Of a stretch of 64,000 nt of DNA, positions 41,370 through 51,089 are shown piece by piece. The notes below the pieces were generated by a model, which saw nothing but the letters and a program-made list of their open reading frames with translations, searched no databases and was not told where the DNA came from. The translations under genes were made by a program, and so were the position numbers. Numbering within the stretch: the stretch's first letter is position 1; every line of letters starts with the position of its first letter. The stretch is taken from positions 1-64,000 of the forward strand of contig JAPDJW010000010.1 in NCBI GenBank assembly GCA_029258885.1. Direction: 5' to 3'. Origin of the DNA: Thermoproteota archaeon (lineage in GTDB: Archaea > Thermoproteota > Thermoprotei > Thermofilales > B9-G17).

Positions 41370-44300
41370 TTGATGAGGATTCAGGATACAGGGGAAATCC
41401 TCCGTAAGCTTGGGTATGATTACTATACATGTACTGAGCCTGAGGTTAAGCCTGAGTTAGTTGATGTAAGGTTTATTGATATATTGCCTGAGCTTGCCGA
41501 GGGTTCCGGGCACTCCAGGTTTGTATCTGGGAAGAAGCTGTATAAGCATCAGTATGAGGCATTTAAACACCTGAGCAATGGATACAATATCGTGCTTAAA
41601 TCCGGTACGGGTTCAGGCAAGACTGAGGCATGGCTTCTATACGTTTTCAAATATAGGGTTCCGGCTCTAGCGGTTTATCCAACTCTAGCCCTAGCTAATG
41701 ATCAGATTAAAAGGATTAAGGATTACTGTCAGACTCTAGGATATAGGGTTGAGCAGATCGACGCTAAAACGAAGGAGGCTCTATGGAGGAGCGGATTGAG
41801 GACGGGCGATATAAGGAGGAAGCTTAGGGACGCAGATATAGTGATAACTAACCCAGCCTTCCTAATGATGGAGCTTAAAAGGTGGGCTATGAACCCTAGA
41901 AACATGCTCCTAGACGCCTTTCTAGGCAAGGTAAAGCTGATAGTATTCGATGAATTCGACTTCTACGGGCCGAGGGAGATAGCTCTACTTATGGCCATGA
42001 TGTCCATATTAAGGGAGATCTCGGAGTCGAACTTCCAGATAGCCGTGATGACGGCCACGTTAGGCAATCCAGAGGAGCTTGCAGAGTATCTTAAATCAGT
42101 TAACGATAGGGATACTGCTATAGTTGAGGGTAGGCCATTTAAAGTTCAGAATAGAACATACATAGTCTTAGGCAAAAACCTCCAGGCCGTATGGAGGCAT
42201 ATATCCAAGCATAGGGACGCCATATTAAGGGGGAACGTTGGAGAAGACGTTAAAAGGGCGCTTGAGGACTACGAGCACTTCAAAAACAACGTATTTAAGG
42301 TACTTGAAGTCGCTGAAGCCCTAGGTTTAGACGTGCCTAAAATAGAGTTTGACATCAGCGAAATACTCTCGAAATATGTTGAAGACGATGGAGTAACCCT
42401 AGTATTCACGAGGAGCATAGCTACGGCTGAACAGTATGCAAGGAGGCTTAAGTCGACGATAGGGGATAAAGGCGAGCTAGTGGCCTCGCATCATCACCTT
42501 ATCTCTAAGGCCTTTAGGGAGGAGATAGAGCGTAAGGCTAGAGCAGGGGAGATGAAGGTAATATTCTCTCCGAGAACTCTCTCACAGGGGATAGATATAG
42601 GAACAATCATCAGGATAGTACATTTAGGATTGCCTGAGGACGTAAGGGAGTTTCACCAGAGGGAGGGCAGGAAGGGTAGAAGGGAGGAAATACCGTTTAC
42701 CGAATCTATAATAATACCGTTCTCCAAGTGGGATAGGGAGCTACTATCTAGGGGACTGGATGCATTCATAGAATGGCTTAACCTACCGCTAGAACACGTC
42801 ATAGTGAACACAGACAATAAATACATGATGCTGTTTAAGGCGCTATTCCACGTAGTTTCCTCGAGACACAGCAGGAGAGGAGTAAGCGAGGAGGAGTACA
42901 AGTTTCTAAAGTCGCTAGGGCTCGTGGAGGGCCCATACCTCTCAAGTAGGGGGAAGAGGACCTGGATAAACATGAACTTCTACGAATATTCGCCGCCATA
43001 CGGTATCAAGAGGGTAAGAATAAGGGCTGGCGAGGAGGAGTACCTAGAGGATATCTCACACTGCGATCTAGTTGAAAAGTTTCAGATAGGATGCTTCGAC
43101 TACACTTCAGATTCCATAGTTACTAGACATAGACTAGGCGGGAGAAGCGGTAGAACCGTGATAGCTGTAGAGGTTGAGCCAATATCGTACGGATTAATAT
43201 GGAAACATGAGGCACTGGCTGAGGCGTTCGGGGAATACGAGAAGATAAAGCGTAAATGGGGTGAAGAGCCTTCAATACTATCGGACTACAACCTGGGTAG
43301 GCTGTATAGTGAAGTTTTATGTACAGTTAGACCTCCTACCTCCGGCTTCGGGAAGCTATACAAGTTCCCCTCAAGGGTAACGTGGTACGTGGTTGAGCGT
43401 AAGAGCAGAATAGTTAGGGCGGATAGCAGAACCATAGCCTATAGGGAGAGGAGGCCCATAGAGGTTCCAACGCCGACATACGGGATGTACACCGATTATA
43501 CCTATGGCATTACTATGGAGCTGAGCCCGGATGAGGATTTAACGTGGCTTAGAATTGGGCTTGCATATCTCATGGTAATTCTCAGGAGGGTGTACAACAT
43601 ACCTCTGGAGACGATAATGTATGACGTAGTTAAGATAGGTGAAATGAAGCTAATGAATCTACATGAGCCGGAGAGCGCTGGACTACTTGAGAAGATTGAC
43701 TGGAGCGAGGTAGCTAGAGTTGTTGAGAAATATGAGCCAACGCCACTGGATGAAATCCTCCTTCAGGCCGCCGACGATATAGCTCACCTAGATTTCGTAG
43801 ATTTCGGCTTAAGGTGGGATATAGCGAAGAAGTTTACGTTAAGAGCATTAAACTACCTTATTCTAAGGCAGAAGATAGCCGTAAAGGTTAAGGATAAGGT
43901 GGTGTATCTCCCAAAGCCGTCTAAAGCCCTAAAGGTTTTCTCGATAGATGCTATAAGCCTACCAGTATATGAGGAGGGAAACGTAGCCATCTACGTGCTC
44001 GGAGTATTCGATGGAGACCAGGAAGTCGTTAGGAGCGGATTAAAGGAGTGGTATATTATCAGCAAGGATAGGGAGGCTGTTGAGAGGAAAATAATGGATC
44101 TAATAAACGAGGACTTTAAAGCTATAGTATTCAACTATTCTGGCTTCATTAACGCCCTTAATTCTATGGGGCTGAAGCACCTGCTAATAACGTTCGAGGG
44201 ATTAAGAAGCATGAATAAGGTAGTGGATCTCCAGGAGCCAGCCGTTAAATACTTCGGTAGCGATCAGGTGGCGCTTGAAACCATAGGATCAGCACTAGGT

Positions 44301-44501
44301 GTAGTTAAGGAAGCTTATCTTACAGATTTAAAACTCTACTACGATGAATTCCTATCTAAAATTAAGGGACTACCCTACAGCAGATGGTGGAACTACTCTA
44401 AGCTACTTAAAAAGTATGCAGAGAAACACCTAGCTAACAGGTTAAGGACATTATACATACTATATCTATTACTTAGGGAAGAGAAAGTTTTACATACATA
44501 A
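41370..44501 (+). CDS. SF2 DEAD/DEAH helicase (Hrq1/MrfA/SftH-like) with DUF1998-like region and degenerate C-terminal RNase H-like domain
   Basis: Motifs GTGSGKT, YPTLALANDQ, DEFD, TATL, VFTRS, QGIDIG, QREGRKGRR; extended C-terminus. Confidence 0.85.
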   Translation: MMRIQDTGEILRKLGYDYYTCTEPEVKPELVDVRFIDILPELAEGSGHSRFVSGKKLYKHQYEAFKHLSNGYNIVLKSGTGSGKTEAWLLYVFKYRVPALAVYPTLALANDQIKRIKDYCQTLGYRVEQIDAKTKEALWRSGLRTGDIRRKLRDADIVITNPAFLMMELKRWAMNPRNMLLDAFLGKVKLIVFDEFDFYGPREIALLMAMMSILREISESNFQIAVMTATLGNPEELAEYLKSVNDRDTAIVEGRPFKVQNRTYIVLGKNLQAVWRHISKHRDAILRGNVGEDVKRALEDYEHFKNNVFKVLEVAEALGLDVPKIEFDISEILSKYVEDDGVTLVFTRSIATAEQYARRLKSTIGDKGELVASHHHLISKAFREEIERKARAGEMKVIFSPRTLSQGIDIGTIIRIVHLGLPEDVREFHQREGRKGRREEIPFTESIIIPFSKWDRELLSRGLDAFIEWLNLPLEHVIVNTDNKYMMLFKALFHVVSSRHSRRGVSEEEYKFLKSLGLVEGPYLSSRGKRTWINMNFYEYSPPYGIKRVRIRAGEEEYLEDISHCDLVEKFQIGCFDYTSDSIVTRHRLGGRSGRTVIAVEVEPISYGLIWKHEALAEAFGEYEKIKRKWGEEPSILSDYNLGRLYSEVLCTVRPPTSGFGKLYKFPSRVTWYVVERKSRIVRADSRTIAYRERRPIEVPTPTYGMYTDYTYGITMELSPDEDLTWLRIGLAYLMVILRRVYNIPLETIMYDVVKIGEMKLMNLHEPESAGLLEKIDWSEVARVVEKYEPTPLDEILLQAADDIAHLDFVDFGLRWDIAKKFTLRALNYLILRQKIAVKVKDKVVYLPKPSKALKVFSIDAISLPVYEEGNVAIYVLGVFDGDQEVVRSGLKEWYIISKDREAVERKIMDLINEDFKAIVFNYSGFINALNSMGLKHLLITFEGLRSMNKVVDLQEPAVKYFGSDQVALETIGSALGVVKEAYLTDLKLYYDEFLSKIKGLPYSRWWNYSKLLKKYAEKHLANRLRTLYILYLLLREEKVLHT

Positions 44502-44595
44502 ACGTCCAGTGTATCGATAGTTTATTAATGCAAACCATATAATAGTTGAAAGCTGTGAAAAATATATAAAAGCAGATCTTCACATAATTAATTGA

Positions 44596-44787
44596 GTGAT
44601 AGACATGCCCAAGCCCGTAGTAGATAAGAATAAGTGTACTGGATGCGGAACCTGCGCCGAAATATGTCCAATGCAGGTATTCGATATAGTGAATGGTAAG
44701 GCTGAGCCAGTTAGAGCCGACCAGTGCGTTGGATGCAGAGCATGTGAAATGCAGTGTCCAGCAGGCGCAATAACTGTAGAAGAATAA
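44596..44787 (+). CDS. Ferredoxin (2x4Fe-4S)
   Basis: CTGCGTCAEICP and CVGCRACEMQCP. Confidence 0.92.
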   Translation: MIDMPKPVVDKNKCTGCGTCAEICPMQVFDIVNGKAEPVRADQCVGCRACEMQCPAGAITVEE

Positions 44788-44791
44788 ACTA

Positions 44792-46084
44792 CTATTTTTC
44801 TACTTTCGCTATTCTTAAAACCCACTTCCAAAATGGTACTACATGTATCCGCCTACCATTATATTCCACTTCCTCTTCCTGATTCCACGTTACTATTTTT
44901 AGATCCTTACAGCTAAGTAGCTTAGATGCCTCTATCAAGGGTTTTACTTCTCTTTTAAAATTGTCACTTGTCAACTCATATGTCACCTGAATAAGATGCT
45001 TTACTTGATAATTCTCAGCTATTATAAAGTCTACCTCGCTTCCTCTCCTATTGCGCCAATAAAATATGTGGATGTTCGGATCGTAACCTCCTTTAACTAG
45101 TTCTAGAAAAACAGCGTTCTCTAGTAGTTTCTCATAGTTTCTCCTACCTACCGTATACCTGTAAAGGCCGTTATCAACTAGATATACTTTCGGTATTGTA
45201 AGCTCTAACTTCCTTAAACTTACGTCGGTTAGAGTAGTTATCTTCCTTAAAAAGAATGTCAACTGTATATCTTCAAGCATTCTCTGAAAACTATATAGTG
45301 TTCTCTTAGACACTCTTATGCCTAGTGATTTAAGAGTTTTGAATATCTTATTAATCGAGAACTGCGATGCGAATGAGGATAATGTAGATTTTATGAAGAA
45401 CTTTAATGCATACCTATTCTTAACCCCGTATCTATCCACTATATCCCTATAGATTACTAAATCTAAATAATCCCTATAGAAGGGCCTTGGTAGGACATTA
45501 TTCAAAACAATATCCGGAAAAAGCCCTTTCTCCATATAACTGTAAATAACACTTCTTATTTCTCCCTCCTCATATGATGAATAGTATTTCTTAATCTTTA
45601 TTTTCTTAAATATTAAAGCTTCAATGAAGGAAAGCGGATAAACTTTTATCACGAGTGCTCTACCACGTAATTGAGTAGCTATTTCTCTCGATAGTAGCTT
45701 CGAGGAAGAGCCCGTTATAAAAATATAATATCTCTTTTTCTCATAAAGGGTATAAACTACTCTATTCCATTTATCTAGAGCTTGAATTTCATCGAAAAAT
45801 AAGTATTGAGGGAGCCTGCCGTAAATTTCCTTATGTACTATAGGGAGACTAAGGGGATCGTCCATCTCAAAATAGTCTTCAAAGTTCACGAACAGATAGT
45901 CCTCCTCATTAATCATCCTGACGTTTTTAATAAAGTGATATAGGAGGTACGTCTTGCCAGCTCTCCTAGGCCCTATAACAGATACTATGAAGTTTTTTGT
46001 TTCAGCTATATCTATTAAACGCCTCTTAACTTCTACGTTTTTAATATCCTCCTTCTTATCCAATAGGTACGTCTTAATGTTCAT
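44792..46084 (-). CDS. AAA_14 ATPase with DUF4143-like wHTH and PD-(D/E)xK-like C-terminus
   Basis: GPRRAGKT, FFDEIQ, ITGSSS, LRGR, KVYLVDNG, EVDF...LIQV. Confidence 0.88.
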   Translation of the reverse strand: MNIKTYLLDKKEDIKNVEVKRRLIDIAETKNFIVSVIGPRRAGKTYLLYHFIKNVRMINEEDYLFVNFEDYFEMDDPLSLPIVHKEIYGRLPQYLFFDEIQALDKWNRVVYTLYEKKRYYIFITGSSSKLLSREIATQLRGRALVIKVYPLSFIEALIFKKIKIKKYYSSYEEGEIRSVIYSYMEKGLFPDIVLNNVLPRPFYRDYLDLVIYRDIVDRYGVKNRYALKFFIKSTLSSFASQFSINKIFKTLKSLGIRVSKRTLYSFQRMLEDIQLTFFLRKITTLTDVSLRKLELTIPKVYLVDNGLYRYTVGRRNYEKLLENAVFLELVKGGYDPNIHIFYWRNRRGSEVDFIIAENYQVKHLIQVTYELTSDNFKREVKPLIEASKLLSCKDLKIVTWNQEEEVEYNGRRIHVVPFWKWVLRIAKVEK

Positions 46085-46149
46085 CCTTATCCCTATAGGG
46101 AGAAACTTTTACATAAATCTTTCCCCCTATAGAGCACCATTTTACTAGG

Positions 46150-46773
46150 TTAATAATGTTTCAAGTATTGCTTAGAGACGCCTATAGCTGTTTTTACAGC
46201 CCTTAATATCAGCTTTAAATCCATGCTAGGTGTTTCAGGCTTACCCACTACCTGCTGCGGAACATAGGGGACATGAATGAACCCAGCAATAGTGTTTAGT
46301 CCATTCCTAGAAATATAATCTAATGATGTATAGAAGGTACAGTTGCAGACGAATGTCCCAGCGGTATACGAGAGTACAGAGGGAATCTTCGATTTCCTCA
46401 TTCTTTCAAATATTTTCCTCGTAGGTAAGGTTGAGAAATAGGCCGCTGGACCCTCGGGGTTAATCGTCTCGTCTCTAGGCTTAAATCCATCATTATCCTT
46501 TATCTTCGCATCCATTAAATTCACGGCGACTCTTTCGATCCTTATAGAGCTAGCTCCCGGAGCCAAGCCGGTATGAACCACTATCTGAGGCCTAACTTCA
46601 TCAATTAATTTCGGTACAAGGGACATTACTTTTCTAAAAAAGACTGGCAGAACGTATCCATATATCTTCACGCCATACACAGTTTTACCATTAAGCCCCC
46701 TCACTATATCCTCAGTTGGATTATACTTCTCCCTACCCCAAGGCTCAAAGCCCGTAACTAACGCTTTAATCAT
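46150..46773 (-). CDS. pcp: Pyroglutamyl-peptidase I
   Basis: LVTGFEP, IERVAVN, AYFSTLP, AGTFVCN, GFIHVP. Confidence 0.95.
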   Translation of the reverse strand: MIKALVTGFEPWGREKYNPTEDIVRGLNGKTVYGVKIYGYVLPVFFRKVMSLVPKLIDEVRPQIVVHTGLAPGASSIRIERVAVNLMDAKIKDNDGFKPRDETINPEGPAAYFSTLPTRKIFERMRKSKIPSVLSYTAGTFVCNCTFYTSLDYISRNGLNTIAGFIHVPYVPQQVVGKPETPSMDLKLILRAVKTAIGVSKQYLKHY

Positions 46774-46879
46774 GGAACTCTATTTAGCCTTTCAATAATA
46801 TAAATCTAGTATTTAAAAAGCATAAAACTGCTGTAACAGTGCCTTAGGCTAATTCGTAGGATAGTTTTACGCTATCGTA

Positions 46880-47010
46880 ACTGTTTTGCATGATTTGGGC
46901 GGGGCTTGCTCATTGGAGGCTGCGGCGTTTTTCTGGCTTTGTGCCGGGCTTGGGCGTAGAGCATCACCGTTTATCCCCTCGTCTCTCAAGCCCCTCAACC
47001 CTTGATATCC
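46880..47010 (-). other. GC-rich intergenic island; possible IS200/IS605 (tnpB) right-end remnant or structured ncRNA
   Basis: Abrupt GC-rich patch in AT-rich intergenic DNA; minus strand contains AAGCCCCGCCC, which resembles IS605-type right ends (from recollection). Confidence 0.3.
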
Positions 47011-47647
47011 AGGGAATAACCAAAGGAATCCAAAATATCCTAATGTTTTGATGCTGCAAAATTAATGATATTATAAAGGATCCAGCTATTGGATTCTATT
47101 TATTTTCAGTTATAGCATTTAATATAGCTTATTTAATTAGGTACTTGGATGTTTTCAGAAAAGTAATTTTTGTAAGAAAATTAGGTTTTTAGTTTCTAAA
47201 GTTAGCGTATTATACAGGTTTAATCTCGACCACGATTCTCCTTCTATACACAGGAAGATACATGAAAAGTTTTCTCCAATTAAAGTTATATGTACAGAAG
47301 TAGAAGGTTTATCGCATAGGGTAATCGTTTACTTGGCAGTCATTAATAATAAGGTAATATATGACGAATACAATTTACTGTCTTTATGCTAGGTTTTTCT
47401 CCTATAATATGGAGGAACTGGGCGAATTCCGGATTAAAATGAGGGGTAGTGTTTTTATGTCTCTTAATGGTCTAATGATTTTCCCATATATTTTGCTCTG
47501 GATGAGTTGCGTTTTTATGAAGATATGCTGACATATGAGAGTTGCATTTTTATGAAGGAAAATTGATGAGAAATACGAGAGTTGCAACTTTAAATTTAAA
47601 TATTCGACTAGCTTAAAAAAATTAGGCTGACCTAATAATGGTGACAT

Positions 47648-47875
47648 ATGATAACTCGGTCTTTAGCCACCCTAAGAGGCTGTGGCATAGTGACAAAGAT
47701 AGACGGAAGCTCGGAGGAACTCAGACATCTAATCTCCCTCGGCTTTGCACCAAGAAGAAAAGTTAGGGTTCATATCAACGATAGCGTCATAGTCGTAGAG
47801 GTCGATAACTCGATACTTGTGATGGATCATCAACTAGCGTCGAAGATCATAATAGGCGACCAATATGAGGATTAA
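47648..47875 (+). CDS. feoA: Ferrous iron transport protein A
   Basis: L.SLGFAP...V; overlaps the feoB start. Confidence 0.88.
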   Translation: MITRSLATLRGCGIVTKIDGSSEELRHLISLGFAPRRKVRVHINDSVIVVEVDNSILVMDHQLASKIIIGDQYED

Positions 47876-49781
47876 AGTAGCGCTAGTCGGTCACCCTAAC
47901 GTAGGCAAGTCCGTGATCTTTAACAACTTAACTGGTTTAAAGGCTATAGTATCTAATTACCCAGGCACTACTGTCGAAATATATGAAGGAAAGACGAGGT
48001 GGAAAGACTTTATTATCGAGCTAATAGATACACCTGGCACTTACTCCTTAGTTCCGACCACTCAGGCCGAGGAAGTAACTTGTAGAGTGATCCTCGAGGA
48101 AAGACCTGATGTAATAGTTCATGTTGTAGATGCTACTAGTATAAGACGTCATTTATATCTAACGCTAGAACTCTTAGAGGTAGGAGCGCCAGTCGTGCTA
48201 GTAGTGAATCAGATTGACAGAGCTGAAGCTTTAGGAGTTAAAATTCGGAAAGAAGAATTAAGCCGCCTATTAAATATCCCTGTTGTCATGTGTATAGCCA
48301 CTAAAAGAGTAGGCATGATAACTCTCTTAGACAAGATCATAGAAGCTTACAAAAGGAGATCAATAGCTTATCCCAGATATCCCAAGATAATTGAGGGATA
48401 TTTGGGTCTTATTGAGAAAATGCTTAAAGAAGAGCTTCCTCCAGACTTAAAACGCTTCAGCAGATTTATAGCGATACATGTAATTTTAGGAAATAAAATA
48501 TTCAATAGATTAGCCCGCGCTATACCTGAGCACTTAAAGATAGAGTTTCCTAAGTACAGCAGACAGATCATCTTAGAACGAGCAAGAATAGCAGATGAAG
48601 TTTATAAGGAGGCTGTTAGCATAAGGGAAACGAAGCACCTCAAGCTAAGCAGAATTGACTATATATCAGTAAACCCGATTTTTGGGGTAACCATTATAGC
48701 TGGACTCACACTAGCTGTGACATATAGTTTACTTGGGCTAATACATGAGATAGGACACAGGATCCCAAGTATGCTTTACTATAATCTTTACGAGCCATTT
48801 ATTAGAAGCCTTATTGAGAGCGTAGTTCCTCAAGGCTTGCTTCATGATATACTTATCGGAGAGAAAGCTGGTATCTATGGTTCATTAGGTTTGCTAACTA
48901 CAGGCGTGTTCTTCGTATTCTTTATGATACTTCCAACGATTTTTGTCCTCTATTTATTTTTAGGAATGCTTGAGGATCTAGGATTCTTACCAAGAGTGGC
49001 AATTAGCTTTCACAGACCATTACGTAAAGTAGGATTATCAGGAGATGCTACAATGCCCTTAGTAATAGGTACTGGTTGTAGCATTGTAGGGGTATTATCG
49101 ACACGTATACTCAGAAGCGATAAAGAGAGATTTATCTCCTCCTTGCTACAGGTCTTAGGGATACCGTGCATGGCCCAGCAAGTGATGATATGGTATATTC
49201 TTGGAAAACATGGTGTACTGTACATCTTTGCTCTTTATCTCTTATTACTTTTCACTATAGTGACTCTAGGCGCAATCCTAAATAAGATTATACCGGGGGA
49301 GATGGGCATCTTATTACTAGAACTACCTCCATGGAGAAAGCCTCAGCTAAGGAATTTATTAAAGAAAACATATGTTAGAATGTTATCTTTCTTAAAGACG
49401 GGCGTGCCCCTAGTTTTCCTAGGAATTTTCCTCGTAAATCTTGCTTACTATACAGGTGCGATAGCCATGATAGCAGAATTCTTCAGCCCAATAATGTCAG
49501 GCTTATTTAGGCTACCTAGCGAGACCTGTATCGCGTTGGTAGTAAGCGTTCTAAGGAAGGATGTTGCAGTTGGTATACTAGGAAGATATAAGCTGACAGC
49601 ACTTCAAAAGTTAACAGCAGTGGCTATAATAACTCTTAGCTTCCCATGTGTGGGATCCCTCGCCATAACGCTATCAGAATTCGGTGTAAGACGAACGCTG
49701 AAAATTATAGCTATAATGTTCGTGACCTCACTGGTAGTAGGTTCCTTCCTAGGATTTCTATCATCACTGTTTGCTGTCTAA
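47865..49781 (+). CDS. feoB: Ferrous iron transport protein B
   Basis: GHPNVGKS, NYPGTTVE, DTPGTY, NQID, gate motifs G.GCS and ELPPWR.P. Confidence 0.95.
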   Translation: MRIKVALVGHPNVGKSVIFNNLTGLKAIVSNYPGTTVEIYEGKTRWKDFIIELIDTPGTYSLVPTTQAEEVTCRVILEERPDVIVHVVDATSIRRHLYLTLELLEVGAPVVLVVNQIDRAEALGVKIRKEELSRLLNIPVVMCIATKRVGMITLLDKIIEAYKRRSIAYPRYPKIIEGYLGLIEKMLKEELPPDLKRFSRFIAIHVILGNKIFNRLARAIPEHLKIEFPKYSRQIILERARIADEVYKEAVSIRETKHLKLSRIDYISVNPIFGVTIIAGLTLAVTYSLLGLIHEIGHRIPSMLYYNLYEPFIRSLIESVVPQGLLHDILIGEKAGIYGSLGLLTTGVFFVFFMILPTIFVLYLFLGMLEDLGFLPRVAISFHRPLRKVGLSGDATMPLVIGTGCSIVGVLSTRILRSDKERFISSLLQVLGIPCMAQQVMIWYILGKHGVLYIFALYLLLLFTIVTLGAILNKIIPGEMGILLLELPPWRKPQLRNLLKKTYVRMLSFLKTGVPLVFLGIFLVNLAYYTGAIAMIAEFFSPIMSGLFRLPSETCIALVVSVLRKDVAVGILGRYKLTALQKLTAVAIITLSFPCVGSLAITLSEFGVRRTLKIIAIMFVTSLVVGSFLGFLSSLFAV

Positions 49782-50051
49782 AATGAACTAATCACAACTA
49801 GTGAAGTTAGTCAGGTGAACTATATAGGCATGCATTATATCATCATAAGTTCGCTATTCATCAATCATTTTAATACCATTCTTCATGGCTTAAGCTTTTT
49901 AAGCTTGGCCTTTAATGGGACAACCATCAGGTAAATATATATAAACAATCCGATGCGCAAGTCCTATATCAACACGTGATGAATCATTTAACCTAAAACA
50001 AGAGCATAATTTTAATTAGCACTCACATACATTAGCATTAGAGGTGCTTTA

Positions 50052-50465
50052 ATGAAAATACCCGAATGCATTAAGGAGGTATTTAGGAGATGGAATATTA
50101 GATATGCTATACTATTTGGTTCATATGCTGAGGGCGTAACAACCCCAATGAGCGACGTCGATATAGCTGTAAAGGCAGGGAGACGTTTAAGTTTCTCAGA
50201 AATAGGGCTCATGATATCGGAACTTGAGGAATGCCTTAATAAAACAGTCGACCTAGTAATTCTCGACATTGCCCCTCCAGCTATAACATGGGAAGCTCTC
50301 GTTAAAGGAACGCCCATCTACTTTAGGGGATCCAAGGAGAAACGTAAATACTTCTGGGATAAATCCGAAATTATAGATAAGATAGCAGATCTTGAACCTC
50401 TCCTAAAACTAATTTACGGTGAAGCCCGCCTTGCCATTTCCAGGATTGCAAGCAAGAGTAGCTAG
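50052..50465 (+). CDS. mntA: MntA-type nucleotidyltransferase antitoxin
   Basis: LFGSYAEG..TPMSDVDIAV, VDLVIL. Confidence 0.88.
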   Translation: MKIPECIKEVFRRWNIRYAILFGSYAEGVTTPMSDVDIAVKAGRRLSFSEIGLMISELEECLNKTVDLVILDIAPPAITWEALVKGTPIYFRGSKEKRKYFWDKSEIIDKIADLEPLLKLIYGEARLAISRIASKSS

Positions 50466-50856
50466 AGCGAGATACGCTCTAGAGAGATTAAGGAGAATAG
50501 CTACAGTACCCTACAAACAATATAGTAGAGATAGAGACCTCATGGATATCGCTGAACGCAATATGCAAGTACTTCTAGAAGCCATACTGGATACCGCAGG
50601 TTTCATAGTTGCTCGAAGAGGACTTGGAAGCCCCACAAGCTACAGAGAAGTAGTAGATCTGCTTATATCAGCAAAAATTATTCCCAACCATCTCATAGAT
50701 CTCGCTAAATCAATACCGGGTATGAGAAACATTTTAGTACATGGCTATGCCGAGGTAAGGCATGATCTCATATATAATTCCATTAGAAAGGAGCTTAGCA
50801 TGCTTGCCCAGCTTTTAGAATTACTCATAAATGAAGCTGAGGCTTTAGATCCATAG
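50419..50856 (+). CDS. hepT: HepT-type (DUF86) HEPN RNase toxin
   Basis: GMRNILVHGY (RX4H followed by Tyr). Confidence 0.88.
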   Translation: MKPALPFPGLQARVARARYALERLRRIATVPYKQYSRDRDLMDIAERNMQVLLEAILDTAGFIVARRGLGSPTSYREVVDLLISAKIIPNHLIDLAKSIPGMRNILVHGYAEVRHDLIYNSIRKELSMLAQLLELLINEAEALDP

Positions 50857-51089
50857 TTAGGGATTATTAATCTAGCAATACTTCTCAAACCTGAGTTTTA
50901 ATTTTAAACCTCTACTCAACCCACATAATATTACTTCATAAATTAAACAAAACTCTCAACTTATTTCTGCATGTTAAAACTTACAGCTCTCCATTATGTC
51001 TACGGCCTTAAAATATAGTAGGAGAGATAAGGTCGGTTAACCACAAAGAATAAATATACTTATAGACAAATTTAAGGAGAGGCCTTTAA

